Under the pieces are notes generated by a model. That model ran no database searches. It saw nothing but the letters and a program-made list of their open reading frames with translations, and was not told the origin of the DNA. A program made the position numbers and the translations under genes. A DNA stretch of 64,000 nucleotides from Eledone cirrhosa (Eukaryota), in the NCBI GenBank assembly GCA_964016885.1, contig OZ024741.1, positions 21,266,001 through 21,330,000 of the forward strand, given 5' to 3'. This document shows positions 25,701 to 39,600 of this stretch, one piece after another; the stretch's first letter is position 1; every line of letters starts with the position of its first letter.

Positions 25701-27117
25701 ACTTTTGTTGGTCATGGGAGCTAATCAGAATGTGAGAAGTTGAGATGGAAGGAACTTTGGTTGGTCATGGGAGCTAATCAGAATGTGAGAAGTTGAGATG
25801 GAAGGAACTTTTGTTGGTCATGGGAGCTAATCAGAATGTGAGAAGATGAGATGGAAGGAACTTTGGTTGGTCATGGGAGCTAATCAGAATGTGAGAAGAT
25901 GAGATGGAAGGAACTTTGGTTGGTCATGGGAGCTAGTCAGAATGTGAGAAGATGAGATGGAAGGAACTTTGGTTGGTCATGGGAGCTAATCAGAATGTGA
26001 GAAGATGAGATGGAAGGAACTTTGGTTGGTCATGGGAGCTAGTCAGAATGTGAGAAGTTGAGATGGAAGGAACTTTGGTTGGTCATGGGAGCTAATCAGA
26101 ATGTGAGAAGATGAGATGGAAGGAACTTTGGTTGGTCATGGGAGCCAGTCAGAATGTGAGAAGATGAGATGGAAGGAACTTTGGTTGGTCATGGGAGCTA
26201 GTCAGAATGTGAGAAGTTGAGATGGAAGGAACTTTGGTTGGTCATGGGAGCTAATCAGAATGTGAGAAGTTGAGATGGAAGGAACTTTGGTTGGTCATGA
26301 GAGCTAATCAGAATGTGAGAAGTTGAGATGGAAGGAACTTTTGTTGGTCATGGGAGCTAATCAGAATGTGAGAAGTTGAGATGGAAGGAACTTTGGTTGG
26401 TCATGGGAGCTAATCAGAATGTGAGAAGTTGAGATGGAAGGAACTTTGGTTGGTCATGGGAGCTAATCAGAATGTGAGAAGATGAGATGTAAGGAACTTT
26501 TGTTGGTCATGGGAGCCAGTCAGAATGTGAGAAGTTGAGATGGAAGGAACTTTTGTTGGTCATGGGAGCTAATCAGAATGTGAGAAGTTGATATGGAAGG
26601 AACTTTTGTTGGTCATGGGAGCCAGTCAGAATGTGAGAAGTTGAGATGGAAGGAACTTTTGTTGGTCATGGGAGCTAATCAGAATGTGAGAAGTTGAGAT
26701 GGAAGGAACTTTTGTTGGTCATGGGAGCCAGTCAGAATGTGAGAAATTGAGATGGAAGGAACTTTTGTTGGTCATGGGAGCTAATCAGAATGTGAGAAGT
26801 TGAGATGGAAGGAACTTTGGTTGGTCATGGGAGCTAATCAGAATGTGAGAAGATGAGATGGAAGGAACTTTGGTTGGTCATGGGAGCCAGTCAGAATCTG
26901 AGAAGATGAGATGGAAGGAACTTTGGTTGGTCATGGGAGCTAATCAGAATGTGAAAAGATGAGATGGAAGGAACTTTGGTTGGTCATGGGAGCCAGTCAG
27001 AATCTGAGAAGTTGAGATGGAAGGAACTTTGGTTGGTCATGGGAGCTAATCAGAATGTGAGAAGATGAGATGGAAGGAACTTTGGTTGGTCATGGGAGCT
27101 AATCAGAATGTGAGAAG
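16705..27117 (+). repeat. 98/99-monomer (5194/5247 bp) tandem duplication, itself built from 52/53- and 46-monomer steps
   Basis: GGACGG 16740/21934 (5194), ATGAGAGC 18297/23491 (5194), GAGAAATT 18690/23937 (5247), GTATGG 19947/25194 (5247). Confidence 0.88.
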
Positions 27118-30100
27118 ATGAGATGGAAGGAACTTTGGTTGGTCATGGGAGCTAATCAGAATGTGAGAAGATGAGATGGAAGGAACTTTGGTTGGTCATG
27201 GGAGCTAATCAGAATGTGAGAAGATGAGATGGAAGGAACTTTGGTTGCTCATGGGAGCCAGTCAGAATCTGAGAAGTTGAGATGGAAGAAACTTTGGTTG
27301 GTCATGGAAGCTAATCAGAATGTGAGAAGATGAGATGGAAGGAACTTTGGTTGGTCATGGGAGCTAATCAGAATGTGAGAAGATGAGATGGAAGGAACTT
27401 TGGTTGGTCATGGGAGCTAATCAGAATGTGAGAAGATGAGATGGAAGGAACTTTGGTTGGTCATGGGAGCTAATCAGAATGTGAGAAGATGAGATGGAAG
27501 GAACTTTGGTTGGTCATGGGAGCTAGTCAGAATGTGGGAAGATGAGATGGAAGGAACTTTGGTTGGTCATGGGAGCTAGTCAGAATGTGAGAAGATGAGA
27601 TGGAAGGAACTTTGGTTGGTCATGGGAGCTAATCAGAATGTGAGAAGATGAGATGGAAGGAACTTTGGTTGGTCATGGGAGCTAGTCAGAATGTGAGAAG
27701 ATGAGATGGAAGGAACTTTGGTTGGTCATGGGAGCTAGTCAGAATGTGAGAAGATGAGACGGAAGGAACTTTGGTTGGTCATGGGAGCCAGTCAGAACGT
27801 GAGAAGATGAGATGGAAGGAACTTTGGTTGGTCATGGGAGCTAATCAGAATGTGAGAAGATGAGATGGAAGGAACTTTGGTTGGTCATGGGAGCTAATCA
27901 GAATGTGAGAAGTTGAGATGGAAGGAACTTTGGTTGGTCATGGGAGCTAATCAGAATGTGAGAAGATGAGATGGAAGGAACTTTGGTTGGTCATGGGAGC
28001 TCGTCAGAATGTGAGAAGATGAGATGGAAGGAACTTTGGTTGGTCATGGGAGCTAATCAGAATGTGAGAAGATGAGATGGAAGGAACTTTGGTTGGTCAT
28101 GGGAGCTCGTCAGAATGTGAGAAGATGAGATGGAAGGAATTTTGGTTGGTCATGGGAGCCAGTCAGAATGTGAGAAGTTGAGATGGAAGGAACTTTTGTT
28201 GGTCATGGGAGCCAGTCAGAATGTGAGAAGTTGAGATGGAAGGAACTTTTGTTGGTCATGGGAGCTAATCAGAATGTGAGAAGTTGAGATGGAAGGAACT
28301 TTGGTTGGTCATGGGAGCTAATCAGAATGTGAGAAGTTGAGATGGAAGGAACTTTGGTTGGTCATGGGAGCTAATCAGAATGTGAGAAGATGAGATGTAA
28401 GGAACTTTGGTTGGTCATGGGAGCTAATCAGAATGTGGGAAGATGAGATGGAAGGAACTTTGGTTGGTCATGGGAGCAAATCAGAATGTGAGAAGTTGGG
28501 ATGGAAGGAACTTTTGTTGGTCATGGGAGCCAGTCAGAATGTGAGAAGATGAGATTGAAGGAACTTTGGTTGGTCATGGGAGCCAGTCAGAATGTGGGAA
28601 GATGAGATGGAAGGAACTTTGGTTGGTCATGGGAGCCAGTCAGGATGTGAGAAGTTGAGATGGAAGGAACTTTTGTTGGTCATGGGAGCTAATCAGAATG
28701 TGAGAAGTTGAGATGGAAGGAACTTTGGTTGGTCATGGGAGCTAATCAGAATGTGAGAAGTTGAGATGGAAGGAACTTTTGTTGGTCATGGGAGCTAATC
28801 AGAATGTGAGAAGTTAAGATGGAAGGAACTTTGGTTGGTCATGGGAGCTAATCAGAATGTGAGAAGTTGAGATGGAAGGAACTTTTGTTGGTCATGGGAG
28901 CTAATCAGAATGTGAGAAGATGAGATGGAAGGAACTTTGGTTGGTCATGGGAGCTAATCAGAATGTGAGAAGATGAGATGGAAGGAACTTTGGTTGGTCA
29001 TGGGAGCTAATCAGAATGTGAGAAGATGAGATGGAAGGAACTTTGGTTGGTCATGGGAGCTAATCAGAATGTGAGAAGTTGAGATGGAAGGAACTTTTGT
29101 TGGTCATGGGAGCCAGTCAGAATGTGAGAAGTTGAGATGGAAGGAACTTTTGTTGGTCATGCGAGCTAGTCAGAATGTGAGAAGATGAGATGTAAGGAAC
29201 TTTGGTTGGTCATGGGAGCCAGTCAGAATGTGAGAAGATGAGATGGAAGGAACTTTGGTTGGTCATGGGAGCTAGTCAGAATGTGAGAAGATGAGATGGA
29301 AGGAACTTTGGTTGGTCATGGGAGCTAATCAGAATGTGAGAAGATGAGATGGAAGGAACTTTGGTTGGTCATGGGAGCTAATCAGAATGTGAGAAGATGA
29401 GATGGGAGGAACTTTGGTTGGTCATGGGAGCTAATCAGAATGTGGGAAGATGAGATGGACGGAACTTTGGTTGGTCATGGGAGCTAGTCAGAATGTGAGA
29501 AGATGAGATGGAAAGAACTTTGGTTGGTCATGGGAGCCAGTCAGAATGTGAGAAGTTGAGATGGAAGGAACTTTGGTTGGTCATGGGAGCTAGTCAGAAT
29601 GTGAGAAGTTGAGATGGAAGGAACTTTGGTTGGTCATGCGAGCTAGTCAGAATGTGAGAAGATGAGATGTAAGGAACTTTGGTTGGTCATGGGAGCCAGT
29701 CAGAATGTGAGAAGATGAGATGGAAGGAACTTTGGTTGGTCATGGGAGCTAGTCAGAATGTGAGAAGATGAGATGGAAGGAACTTTGGATGGTCATGGGA
29801 GCTAATCAGAATGTGGGAAGATGAGATGGAAGGAACTTTGGTTGGTCATGGGAGCTAGTCAGAATGTGAGAAGATGAGATGGAAGGAACTTTGGTTGGTC
29901 ATGGGAGCCAGTCAGAATGTGAGAAGTTGAGATGGAAGGAACTTTGGTTGGTCATGGGAGCTAGTCAGAATGTGAGAAGTTGAGATGGAAGGAACTTTGG
30001 TTGGTCATGCGAGCTAGTCAGAATGTGAGAAGATGAGATGGAAGGAACTTTGGATGGTCATGGGAGCTAATCAGAATGTGAGAAGTTGAGATGGAAGGAA

Positions 30101-33100
30101 CTTTGGTTGGTCATGGGAGCTAATCAGCATGTGAGAAGTTGAGATGGAAGGAACTTTTGTTGGTCATGGGAGCTAATCAGAATGTGAGAAGATGAGATGG
30201 AAGGAACTTTGGTTGGTCATGGGAGCTAATCAGAATGTGAGAAGATGAGATGGGAGGAACTTTGGTTGGTCATGGGAGCTAATCAGAATGTGAGAAGATG
30301 AGATGGAAGGAACTTTGGTTGGTCATGGGAGCTAATCAGAATGTGAGAAGTTGAGATGGAAGGAACTTTTGTTGGTCATGGGAGCCAGTCAGAATGTGAG
30401 AAGTTGAGATGGAAGGAACTTTTGTTGGTCATGGGAGCTAATCAGAATGTGAGAAGTTGAGATGGAAGGAACTTTGGTTGGTCATGGGAGCTAATCAGAA
30501 TGTGAGAAGTTGAGATGGAAGGAACTTTTGTTGGTCATGGGAGCTAATCAGAATGTGAGAAGATGAGATGGAAGGAACTTTGGTTGGTCATGGGAGCTAA
30601 TCAGAATGTGAGAAGATGAGATGGAAGGAACTTTGGTTGGTCATGGGAGCTAGTCAGAATGTGAGAAGATGAGATGGAAGGAACTTTGGTTGGTCATGGG
30701 AGCTAATCAGAATGTGAGAAGATGAGATGGAAGGAACTTTGGTTGGTCATGGGAGCTAGTCAGAATGTGAGAAGTTGAGATGGAAGGAACTTTGGTTGGT
30801 CATGGGAGCTAATCAGAATGTGAGAAGATGAGATGGAAGGAACTTTGGTTGGTCATGGGAGCCAGTCAGAATGTGAGAAGATGAGATGGAAGGAACTTTG
30901 GTTGGTCATGGGAGCTAGTCAGAATGTGAGAAGTTGAGATGGAAGGAACTTTGGTTGGTCATGGGAGCTAATCAGAATGTGAGAAGTTGAGATGGAAGGA
31001 ACTTTGGTTGGTCATGAGAGCTAATCAGAATGTGAGAAGTTGAGATGGAAGGAACTTTTGTTGGTCATGGGAGCTAATCAGAATGTGAGAAGTTGAGATG
31101 GAAGGAACTTTGGTTGGTCATGGGAGCTAATCAGAATGTGAGAAGTTGAGATGGAAGGAACTTTGGTTGGTCATGGGAGCTAATCAGAATGTGAGAAGAT
31201 GAGATGTAAGGAACTTTTGTTGGTCATGGGAGCCAGTCAGAATGTGAGAAGTTGAGATGGAAGGAACTTTTGTTGGTCATGGGAGCTAATCAGAATGTGA
31301 GAAGTTGAGATGGAAGGAACTTTTGTTGGTCATGGGAGCCAGTCAGAATGTGAGAAGTTGAGATGGAAGGAACTTTTGTTGGTCATGGGAGCTAATCAGA
31401 ATGTGAGAAGTTGAGATGGAAGGAACTTTTGTTGGTCATGGGAGCCAGTCAGAATGTGAGAAATTGAGATGGAAGGAACTTTTGTTGGTCATGGGAGCTA
31501 ATCAGAATGTGAGAAGTTGAGATGGAAGGAACTTTGGTTGGTCATGGGAGCTAATCAGAATGTGAGAAGATGAGATGGAAGGAACTTTGGTTGGTCATGG
31601 GAGCCAGTCAGAATCTGAGAAGATGAGATGGAAGGAACTTTGGTTGGTCATGGGAGCTAATCAGAATGTGAAAAGATGAGATGGAAGGAACTTTGGTTGG
31701 TCATGGGAGCCAGTCAGAATCTGAGAAGTTGAGATGGAAGGAACTTTGGTTGGTCATGGGAGCTAATCAGAATGTGAGAAGATGAGATGGAAGGAACTTT
31801 GGTTGGTCATGGGAGCTAATCAGAATGTGAGAAGATGAGATGGAAGGAACTTTGGTTGGTCATGGGAGCTAATCAGAATGTGAGAAGATGAGATGGAAGG
31901 AACTTTGGTTGGTCATGGGAGCTAATCAGAATGTGAGAAGATGAGATGGAAGGAACTTTGGTTGCTCATGGGAGCCAGTCAGAATCTGAGAAGTTGAGAT
32001 GGAAGAAACTTTGGTTGGTCATGGAAGCTAATCAGAATGTGAGAAGATGAGATGGAAGGAACTTTGGTTGGTCATGGGAGCTAATCAGAATGTGAGAAGA
32101 TGAGATGGAAGGAACTTTGGTTGGTCATGGGAGCTAATCAGAATGTGAGAAGATGAGATGGAAGGAACTTTGGTTGGTCATGGGAGCTAATCAGAATGTG
32201 AGAAGATGAGATGGAAGGAACTTTGGTTGGTCATGGGAGCTAGTCAGAATGTGGGAAGATGAGATGGAAGGAACTTTGGTTGGTCATGGGAGCTAGTCAG
32301 AATGTGAGAAGATGAGATGGAAGGAACTTTGGTTGGTCATGGGAGCTCGTCAGAATGTGAGAAGATGAGATGGAAGGAACTTTGGTTGGTCATGGGAGCT
32401 AATCAGAATGTGAGAAGATGAGATGGAAGGAACTTTGGTTGGTCATGGGAGCTAATCAGAATGTGAGAAGATGAGATGTAAGGAACTTTGGTTGGTCATG
32501 GGAGCTAATTAGAATGTGGGAAGATGAGAGGGAAGGAACTTTGGTTGGTCAGGGGAACTAATCAGAATGTGAGAAGTTGAGATGGAAGGAACTTTTGTTG
32601 GTCATGGGAGCCAGTCAGAATGTGAGAAGATGAGATTGAAGGAACTTTGGTTGGTCATGGGAGCCAGTCAGAATGTGGGAAGATGAGATGGAAGGAACTT
32701 TGGTTGGTCATGGGAGCCAGTATGGATGTGAGAAGTTGAGATGGAAGGAACTGTTGTTGGTCATGGGAGCTAATCAGAATGTGAGAAGTTGAGATGGAAG
32801 GAACTTTGGTTGGTCATGGGAGCAAATCAGAATGTGAGAAGTTGAGATGGAAGGAACTTTTGTTGGTCATGGGAGCTAATCAGAATGTGAGAAGTTGAGA
32901 TGGAAGGAACTTTGGTTGGTCATGGGAGCTAATCAGCATGTGAGAAGTTGAGATGGAAGGAACTTTTGTTGGTCATGGGAGCTAATCAGAATGTGAGAAG
33001 ATGAGATGGAAGGAACTTTGGTTGGTCATGGGAGCTAATCAGAATGTGAGAAGATGAGATGGGAGGAACTTTGGTTGGTCATGGGAGCTAATCAGAATGT

Positions 33101-36100
33101 GAGAAGATGAGATGGAAGGAACTTTGGTTGGTCATGGGAGCTAATCAGAATGTGAGAAGTTGAGATGGAAGGAACTTTTGTTGGTCATGGGAGCCAGTCA
33201 GAATGTGAGAAGTTGAGATGGAAGGAACTTTTGTTGGTCATGGGAGCTAATCAGAATGTGAGAAGTTGAGATGGAAGGAACTTTGGTTGGTCATGGGAGC
33301 TAATCAGAATGTGAGAAGTTGAGATGGAAGGAACTTTTGTTGGTCATGGGAGCTAATCAGAATGTGAGAAGATGAGATGGAAGGAACTTTGGTTGGTCAT
33401 GGGAGCTAATCAGAATGTGAGAAGATGAGATGGAAGGAACTTTGGTTGGTCATGGGAGCTAGTCAGAATGTGAGAAGATGAGATGGAAGGAACTTTGGTT
33501 GGTCATGGGAGCTAATCAGAATGTGAGAAGATGAGATGGAAGGAACTTTGGTTGGTCATGGGAGCTAGTCAGAATGTGAGAAGTTGAGATGGAAGGAACT
33601 TTGGTTGGTCATGGGAGCTAATCAGAATGTGAGAAGATGAGATGGAAGGAACTTTGGTTGGTCATGGGAGCCAGTCAGAATGTGAGAAGATGAGATGGAA
33701 GGAACTTTGGTTGGTCATGGGAGCTAGTCAGAATGTGAGAAGTTGAGATGGAAGGAACTTTGGTTGGTCATGGGAGCTAATCAGAATGTGAGAAGTTGAG
33801 ATGGAAGGAACTTTGGTTGGTCATGAGAGCTAATCAGAATGTGAGAAGTTGAGATGGAAGGAACTTTTGTTGGTCATGGGAGCTAATCAGAATGTGAGAA
33901 GTTGAGATGGAAGGAACTTTGGTTGGTCATGGGAGCTAATCAGAATGTGAGAAGTTGAGATGGAAGGAACTTTGGTTGGTCATGGGAGCTAATCAGAATG
34001 TGAGAAGATGAGATGTAAGGAACTTTTGTTGGTCATGGGAGCCAGTCAGAATGTGAGAAGTTGAGATGGAAGGAACTTTTGTTGGTCATGGGAGCTAATC
34101 AGAATGTGAGAAGTTGAGATGGAAGGAACTTTTGTTGGTCATGGGAGCCAGTCAGAATGTGAGAAGTTGAGATGGAAGGAACTTTTGTTGGTCATGGGAG
34201 CTAATCAGAATGTGAGAAGTTGAGATGGAAGGAACTTTTGTTGGTCATGGGAGCCAGTCAGAATGTGAGAAATTGAGATGGAAGGAACTTTTGTTGGTCA
34301 TGGGAGCTAATCAGAATGTGAGAAGTTGAGATGGAAGGAACTTTGGTTGGTCATGGGAGCTAATCAGAATGTGAGAAGATGAGATGGAAGGAACTTTGGT
34401 TGGTCATGGGAGCCAGTCAGAATCTGAGAAGATGAGATGGAAGGAACTTTGGTTGGTCATGGGAGCTAATCAGAATGTGAAAAGATGAGATGGAAGGAAC
34501 TTTGGTTGGTCATGGGAGCCAGTCAGAATCTGAGAAGTTGAGATGGAAGGAACTTTGGTTGGTCATGGGAGCTAATCAGAATGTGAGAAGATGAGATGGA
34601 AGGAACTTTGGTTGGTCATGGGAGCTAATCAGAATGTGAGAAGATGAGATGGAAGGAACTTTGGTTGGTCATGGGAGCTAATCAGAATGTGAGAAGATGA
34701 GATGGAAGGAACTTTGGTTGGTCATGGGAGCTAATCAGAATGTGAGAAGATGAGATGGAAGGAACTTTGGTTGCTCATGGGAGCCAGTCAGAATCTGAGA
34801 AGTTGAGATGGAAGAAACTTTGGTTGGTCATGGAAGCTAATCAGAATGTGAGAAGATGAGATGGAAGGAACTTTGGTTGGTCATGGGAGCTAATCAGAAT
34901 GTGAGAAGATGAGATGGAAGGAACTTTGGTTGGTCATGGGAGCTAATCAGAATGTGAGAAGATGAGATGGAAGGAACTTTGGTTGGTCATGGGAGCTAAT
35001 CAGAATGTGAGAAGATGAGATGGAAGGAACTTTGGTTGGTCATGGGAGCTAGTCAGAATGTGGGAAGATGAGATGGAAGGAACTTTGGTTGGTCATGGGA
35101 GCTAGTCAGAATGTGAGAAGATGAGATGGAAGGAACTTTGGTTGGTCATGGGAGCTAATCAGAATGTGAGAAGATGAGATGGAAGGAACTTTGGTTGGTC
35201 ATGGGAGCTAGTCAGAATGTGAGAAGATGAGATGGAAGGAACTTTGGTTGGTCATGGGAGCTAGTCAGAATGTGAGAAGATGAGACGGAAGGAACTTTGG
35301 TTGGTCATGGGAGCCAGTCAGAACGTGAGAAGATGAGATGGAAGGAACTTTGGTTGGTCATGGGAGCTAATCAGAATGTGAGAAGATGAGATGGAAGGAA
35401 CTTTGGTTGGTCATGGGAGCTAATCAGAATGTGAGAAGTTGAGATGGAAGGAACTTTGGTTGGTCATGGGAGCTAATCAGAATGTGAGAAGATGAGATGG
35501 AAGGAACTTTGGTTGGTCATGGGAGCTCGTCAGAATGTGAGAAGATGAGATGGAAGGAACTTTGGTTGGTCATGGGAGCTAATCAGAATGTGAGAAGATG
35601 AGATGGAAGGAACTTTGGTTGGTCATGGGAGCTCGTCAGAATGTGAGAAGATGAGATGGAAGGAATTTTGGTTGGTCATGGGAGCCAGTCAGAATGTGAG
35701 AAGTTGAGATGGAAGGAACTTTTGTTGGTCATGGGAGCCAGTCAGAATGTGAGAAGTTGAGATGGAAGGAACTTTTGTTGGTCATGGGAGCTAATCAGAA
35801 TGTGAGAAGTTGAGATGGAAGGAACTTTGGTTGGTCATGGGAGCTAATCAGAATGTGAGAAGTTGAGATGGAAGGAACTTTGGTTGGTCATGGGAGCTAA
35901 TCAGAATGTGAGAAGATGAGATGTAAGGAACTTTGGTTGGTCATGGGAGCTAATCAGAATGTGGGAAGATGAGATGGAAGGAACTTTGGTTGGTCATGGG
36001 AGCAAATCAGAATGTGAGAAGTTGGGATGGAAGGAACTTTTGTTGGTCATGGGAGCCAGTCAGAATGTGAGAAGATGAGATTGAAGGAACTTTGGTTGGT

Positions 36101-36686
36101 CATGGGAGCCAGTCAGAATGTGGGAAGATGAGATGGAAGGAACTTTGGTTGGTCATGGGAGCCAGTCAGGATGTGAGAAGTTGAGATGGAAGGAACTTTT
36201 GTTGGTCATGGGAGCTAATCAGAATGTGAGAAGTTGAGATGGAAGGAACTTTGGTTGGTCATGGGAGCTAATCAGAATGTGAGAAGTTGAGATGGAAGGA
36301 ACTTTTGTTGGTCATGGGAGCTAATCAGAATGTGAGAAGTTAAGATGGAAGGAACTTTGGTTGGTCATGGGAGCTAATCAGAATGTGAGAAGTTGAGATG
36401 GAAGGAACTTTTGTTGGTCATGGGAGCTAATCAGAATGTGAGAAGATGAGATGGAAGGAACTTTGGTTGGTCATGGGAGCTAATCAGAATGTGAGAAGAT
36501 GAGATGGAAGGAACTTTGGTTGGTCATGGGAGCTAATCAGAATGTGAGAAGATGAGATGGAAGGAACTTTGGTTGGTCATGGGAGCTAATCAGAATGTGA
36601 GAAGTTGAGATGGAAGGAACTTTTGTTGGTCATGGGAGCCAGTCAGAATGTGAGAAGTTGAGATGGAAGGAACTTTTGTTGGTCAT
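21770..36686 (+). repeat. 142-monomer (7526 bp) tandem duplication: about 21770-29160 vs about 29296-36686
   Basis: GGACGG 21934/29460, GTATGG 25194/32720, GAGACGG 27760/35286 and CAGGAT 28644/36170 are all 7526 bp apart. Confidence 0.92.
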
Positions 36687-39600
36687 GGGAGCTAATCAGA
36701 ATGTGAGAAGTTGAGATGGAAGGAACTTTGGTTGGTCATGGGAGCTAATCAGAATGTGAGAAGTTGAGATGGAAGGAACTTTTGTTGGTCATGGGAGCTA
36801 ATCAGAATGTGAGAAGATGAGATGGAAGGAACTTTGGTTGGTCATGGGAGCTAATCAGAATGTGAGAAGATGAGATGGAAGGAACTTTGGTTGGTCATGG
36901 GAGCTAGTCAGAATGTGAGAAGATGAGATGGAAGGAACTTTGGTTGGTCATGGGAGCTAATCAGAATGTGAGAAGATGAGATGTAAGGAACTTTTGTTGG
37001 TCATGGGAGCCAGTCAGAATGTGAGAAGTTGAGATGGAAGGAACTTTTGTTGGTCATGGGAGCTAATCAGAATGTGAGAAGTTGAGATGGAAGGAACTTT
37101 GGTTGGTCATGGGAGCTAATCAGAATGTGAGAAGTTGAGATGGAAGGAACTTTTGTTGGTCATGGGAGCTAATCAGAATATGAGAAGTTGAGATGGAAGG
37201 AACTTTGGTTGGTCATGGGAGCTAATCAGAATGTGAGAAGTTGAGATGGAAGGAACTTTGGCTGGTCATGGGAGCTAATCAGAATGCGAGAAGATGAGAT
37301 GTAAGGAACTTTTGTTGGTCATGGGAGCCAGTCAGAATGTGAGAAGTTGAGATGGAAGGAACTTTTGTTGGTCATGGGAGCTAATCAGAATGTGAGAAGT
37401 TGAGATGGAAGGAACTTTTGTTGGTCATGGGAGCCAGTCAGAATGTGAGAAGTTGAGATGGAAGGAACTTTTGTTGGTCATGGGAGCTAATCAGAATGTG
37501 AGAATTTGAGATGGAAGGAACTTTTGTTGGTCATGGGAGCCAGTCAGAATGTGAGAAGTTGAGATGGAAGGAACTTTGGTTGGTCATGGGAGCTAATCAG
37601 AATGTCAGAAGTTGAGATGGAAGGAACTTTGGTTGGTCATGGGAGCTAATCAGAATGTGAGAAGATGAGATGGAAGGAACTTTGGTTGGTCATGGGAGCT
37701 AGTCAGAATGTGAGAAGATGAGATGGAAGGAACTTTGGTTGGTCATGGGAGCTAATCAGAATGTGAGAAGATGAGATGGAAGGAACTTTGGTTGGTCATG
37801 GGAGCTAGTCAGAATGTGAGAAGTTGAGATGGAAGGAACTTTGGTTGGTCATGGGAGCTAATCAGAATGTGAGAAGATGAGATGGAAGGAACTTTGGTTG
37901 GTCATGGGAGCTAGTCAGAATGTGAGAAGTTGAGATGGAAGGAACTTTGGTTGGTCATGGGAGCCAGTCAGAATGTGAGAAGATGAGATGGAAGGAACTT
38001 TGGTTGGTCATGGGAGCTAATCAGAATGTGAGAAGATGAGATGTAAGGAACTTTTGTTGGTCATGGGAGCCAGTCAGAATGTGAGAAGTTGAGATGGAAG
38101 GAACTTTTGTTGGTCATGGGAGCTAATCAGAATGTGAGAAGTTGAGATGGAAGGAACTTTTGTTGGTCATGGGAGCCAGTCAGAATGTGAGAAGTTGAGA
38201 TGGAAGGAACTTTTGTTGGTCATGGGAGCTAATCAGAATGTGAGAAGTTGAGATGGAAGGAACTTTGGTTGGTCATGGGAGCTAATCAGAATGTGAGAAG
38301 TTGAGATGGAAGGAACTTTGGTTGGTCATGGGAGCTAATCAGAATGTGAGAAGATGAGATGTAAGGAACTTTGGTTGGTCATGGGAGCTAATCAGAATGT
38401 GGGAAGATGAGATGGAAGGAACTTTGGTTGGTCATGGCTGCTAATCAGAATGTGAGAAGTTGAGATGGAAGGAACTTTTGTTGGTCATGGGAGCCAGTCA
38501 GAATGTGAGAAGATGAGATTGAAGGAACTTTGGTTGGTCATGGGAGCCAGTCAGAATGTGGGAAGATGAGATGGAAGGAACTTTGGTTGGTCATGGGAGC
38601 CAGTCAGGATGTGAGAAGTTGAGATGGAAGGAACTTTTGTTGGTCATGGGTGCTAATCAGAATGTGAGAAGTTGAGATGGAAGGAACTTTGGTTGGTCAT
38701 GGGAGCTAATCAGAATGTGAGAAGTTGAGATGGAAGGAACTTTTGTTGGTCATGGGAGCTAATCAGAATGTGAGAAGATGAGATGGAAGGAACTTTGGTT
38801 GGTCATGGGAGCTAATCAGAATGTGAGAAGATGAGATGGAAGGAACTTTGGTTGGTCATGGGAGCTAGTCAGAATGTGAGAAGATGAGATGGAAGGAACT
38901 TTGGTTGGTCATGGGAGCTAATCAGAATGTGAGAAGATGAGATGGAAGGAACTTTGGTTGGTCATGGGAGCTAGTCAGAATGTGAGAAGTTGAGATGGAA
39001 GGAACTTTGGTTGGTCATGGGATCTAATCAGAATGTGAGAAGATGAGATGGAAGGAACTTTGGTTGGTCATGGGAGCCAGTCAGAATGTGAGAAGATGAG
39101 ATGGAAGGAACTTTGGTTGGTCATGGGAGCTAGTCAGAATGTGAGAAGATGAGATGGAAGGAACTTTGGTTGGTCATGGGAGCTAGTCAGAATGTGAGAA
39201 GATGAGATGGAAGGAACTTTGGTTGGTCATGGGAGCTAATCAGAATGTGAGAAGATGAGATGGAAGGAAATTTGGTTGGTCATGGGAGCTAGTCAGAATG
39301 TGAGAAGATGAGATGGAAGGAACTTTGGTTGGTCATGGGAGCTAGTCAGAATGTGAGAAGATGAGATGGAAGGAACTTTGGTTGGTCATGGGAGCCAGTC
39401 ACAATGTGAGAAGATGAGATGGAAGGAACTTTGGTTGGTCATGGGAGCTAATCAGAATGTGAGAAGATGAGATGGAAGGAACTTTGGTTGGTCATGGGAG
39501 CTAATCAGAATGTGAGAAGTTGAGATGGAAGGAACTTTGGTTGGTCATGGGAGCTAATCAGAATGTGAGAAGATGAGATGGAAGGAACTTTGGTTGGTCA

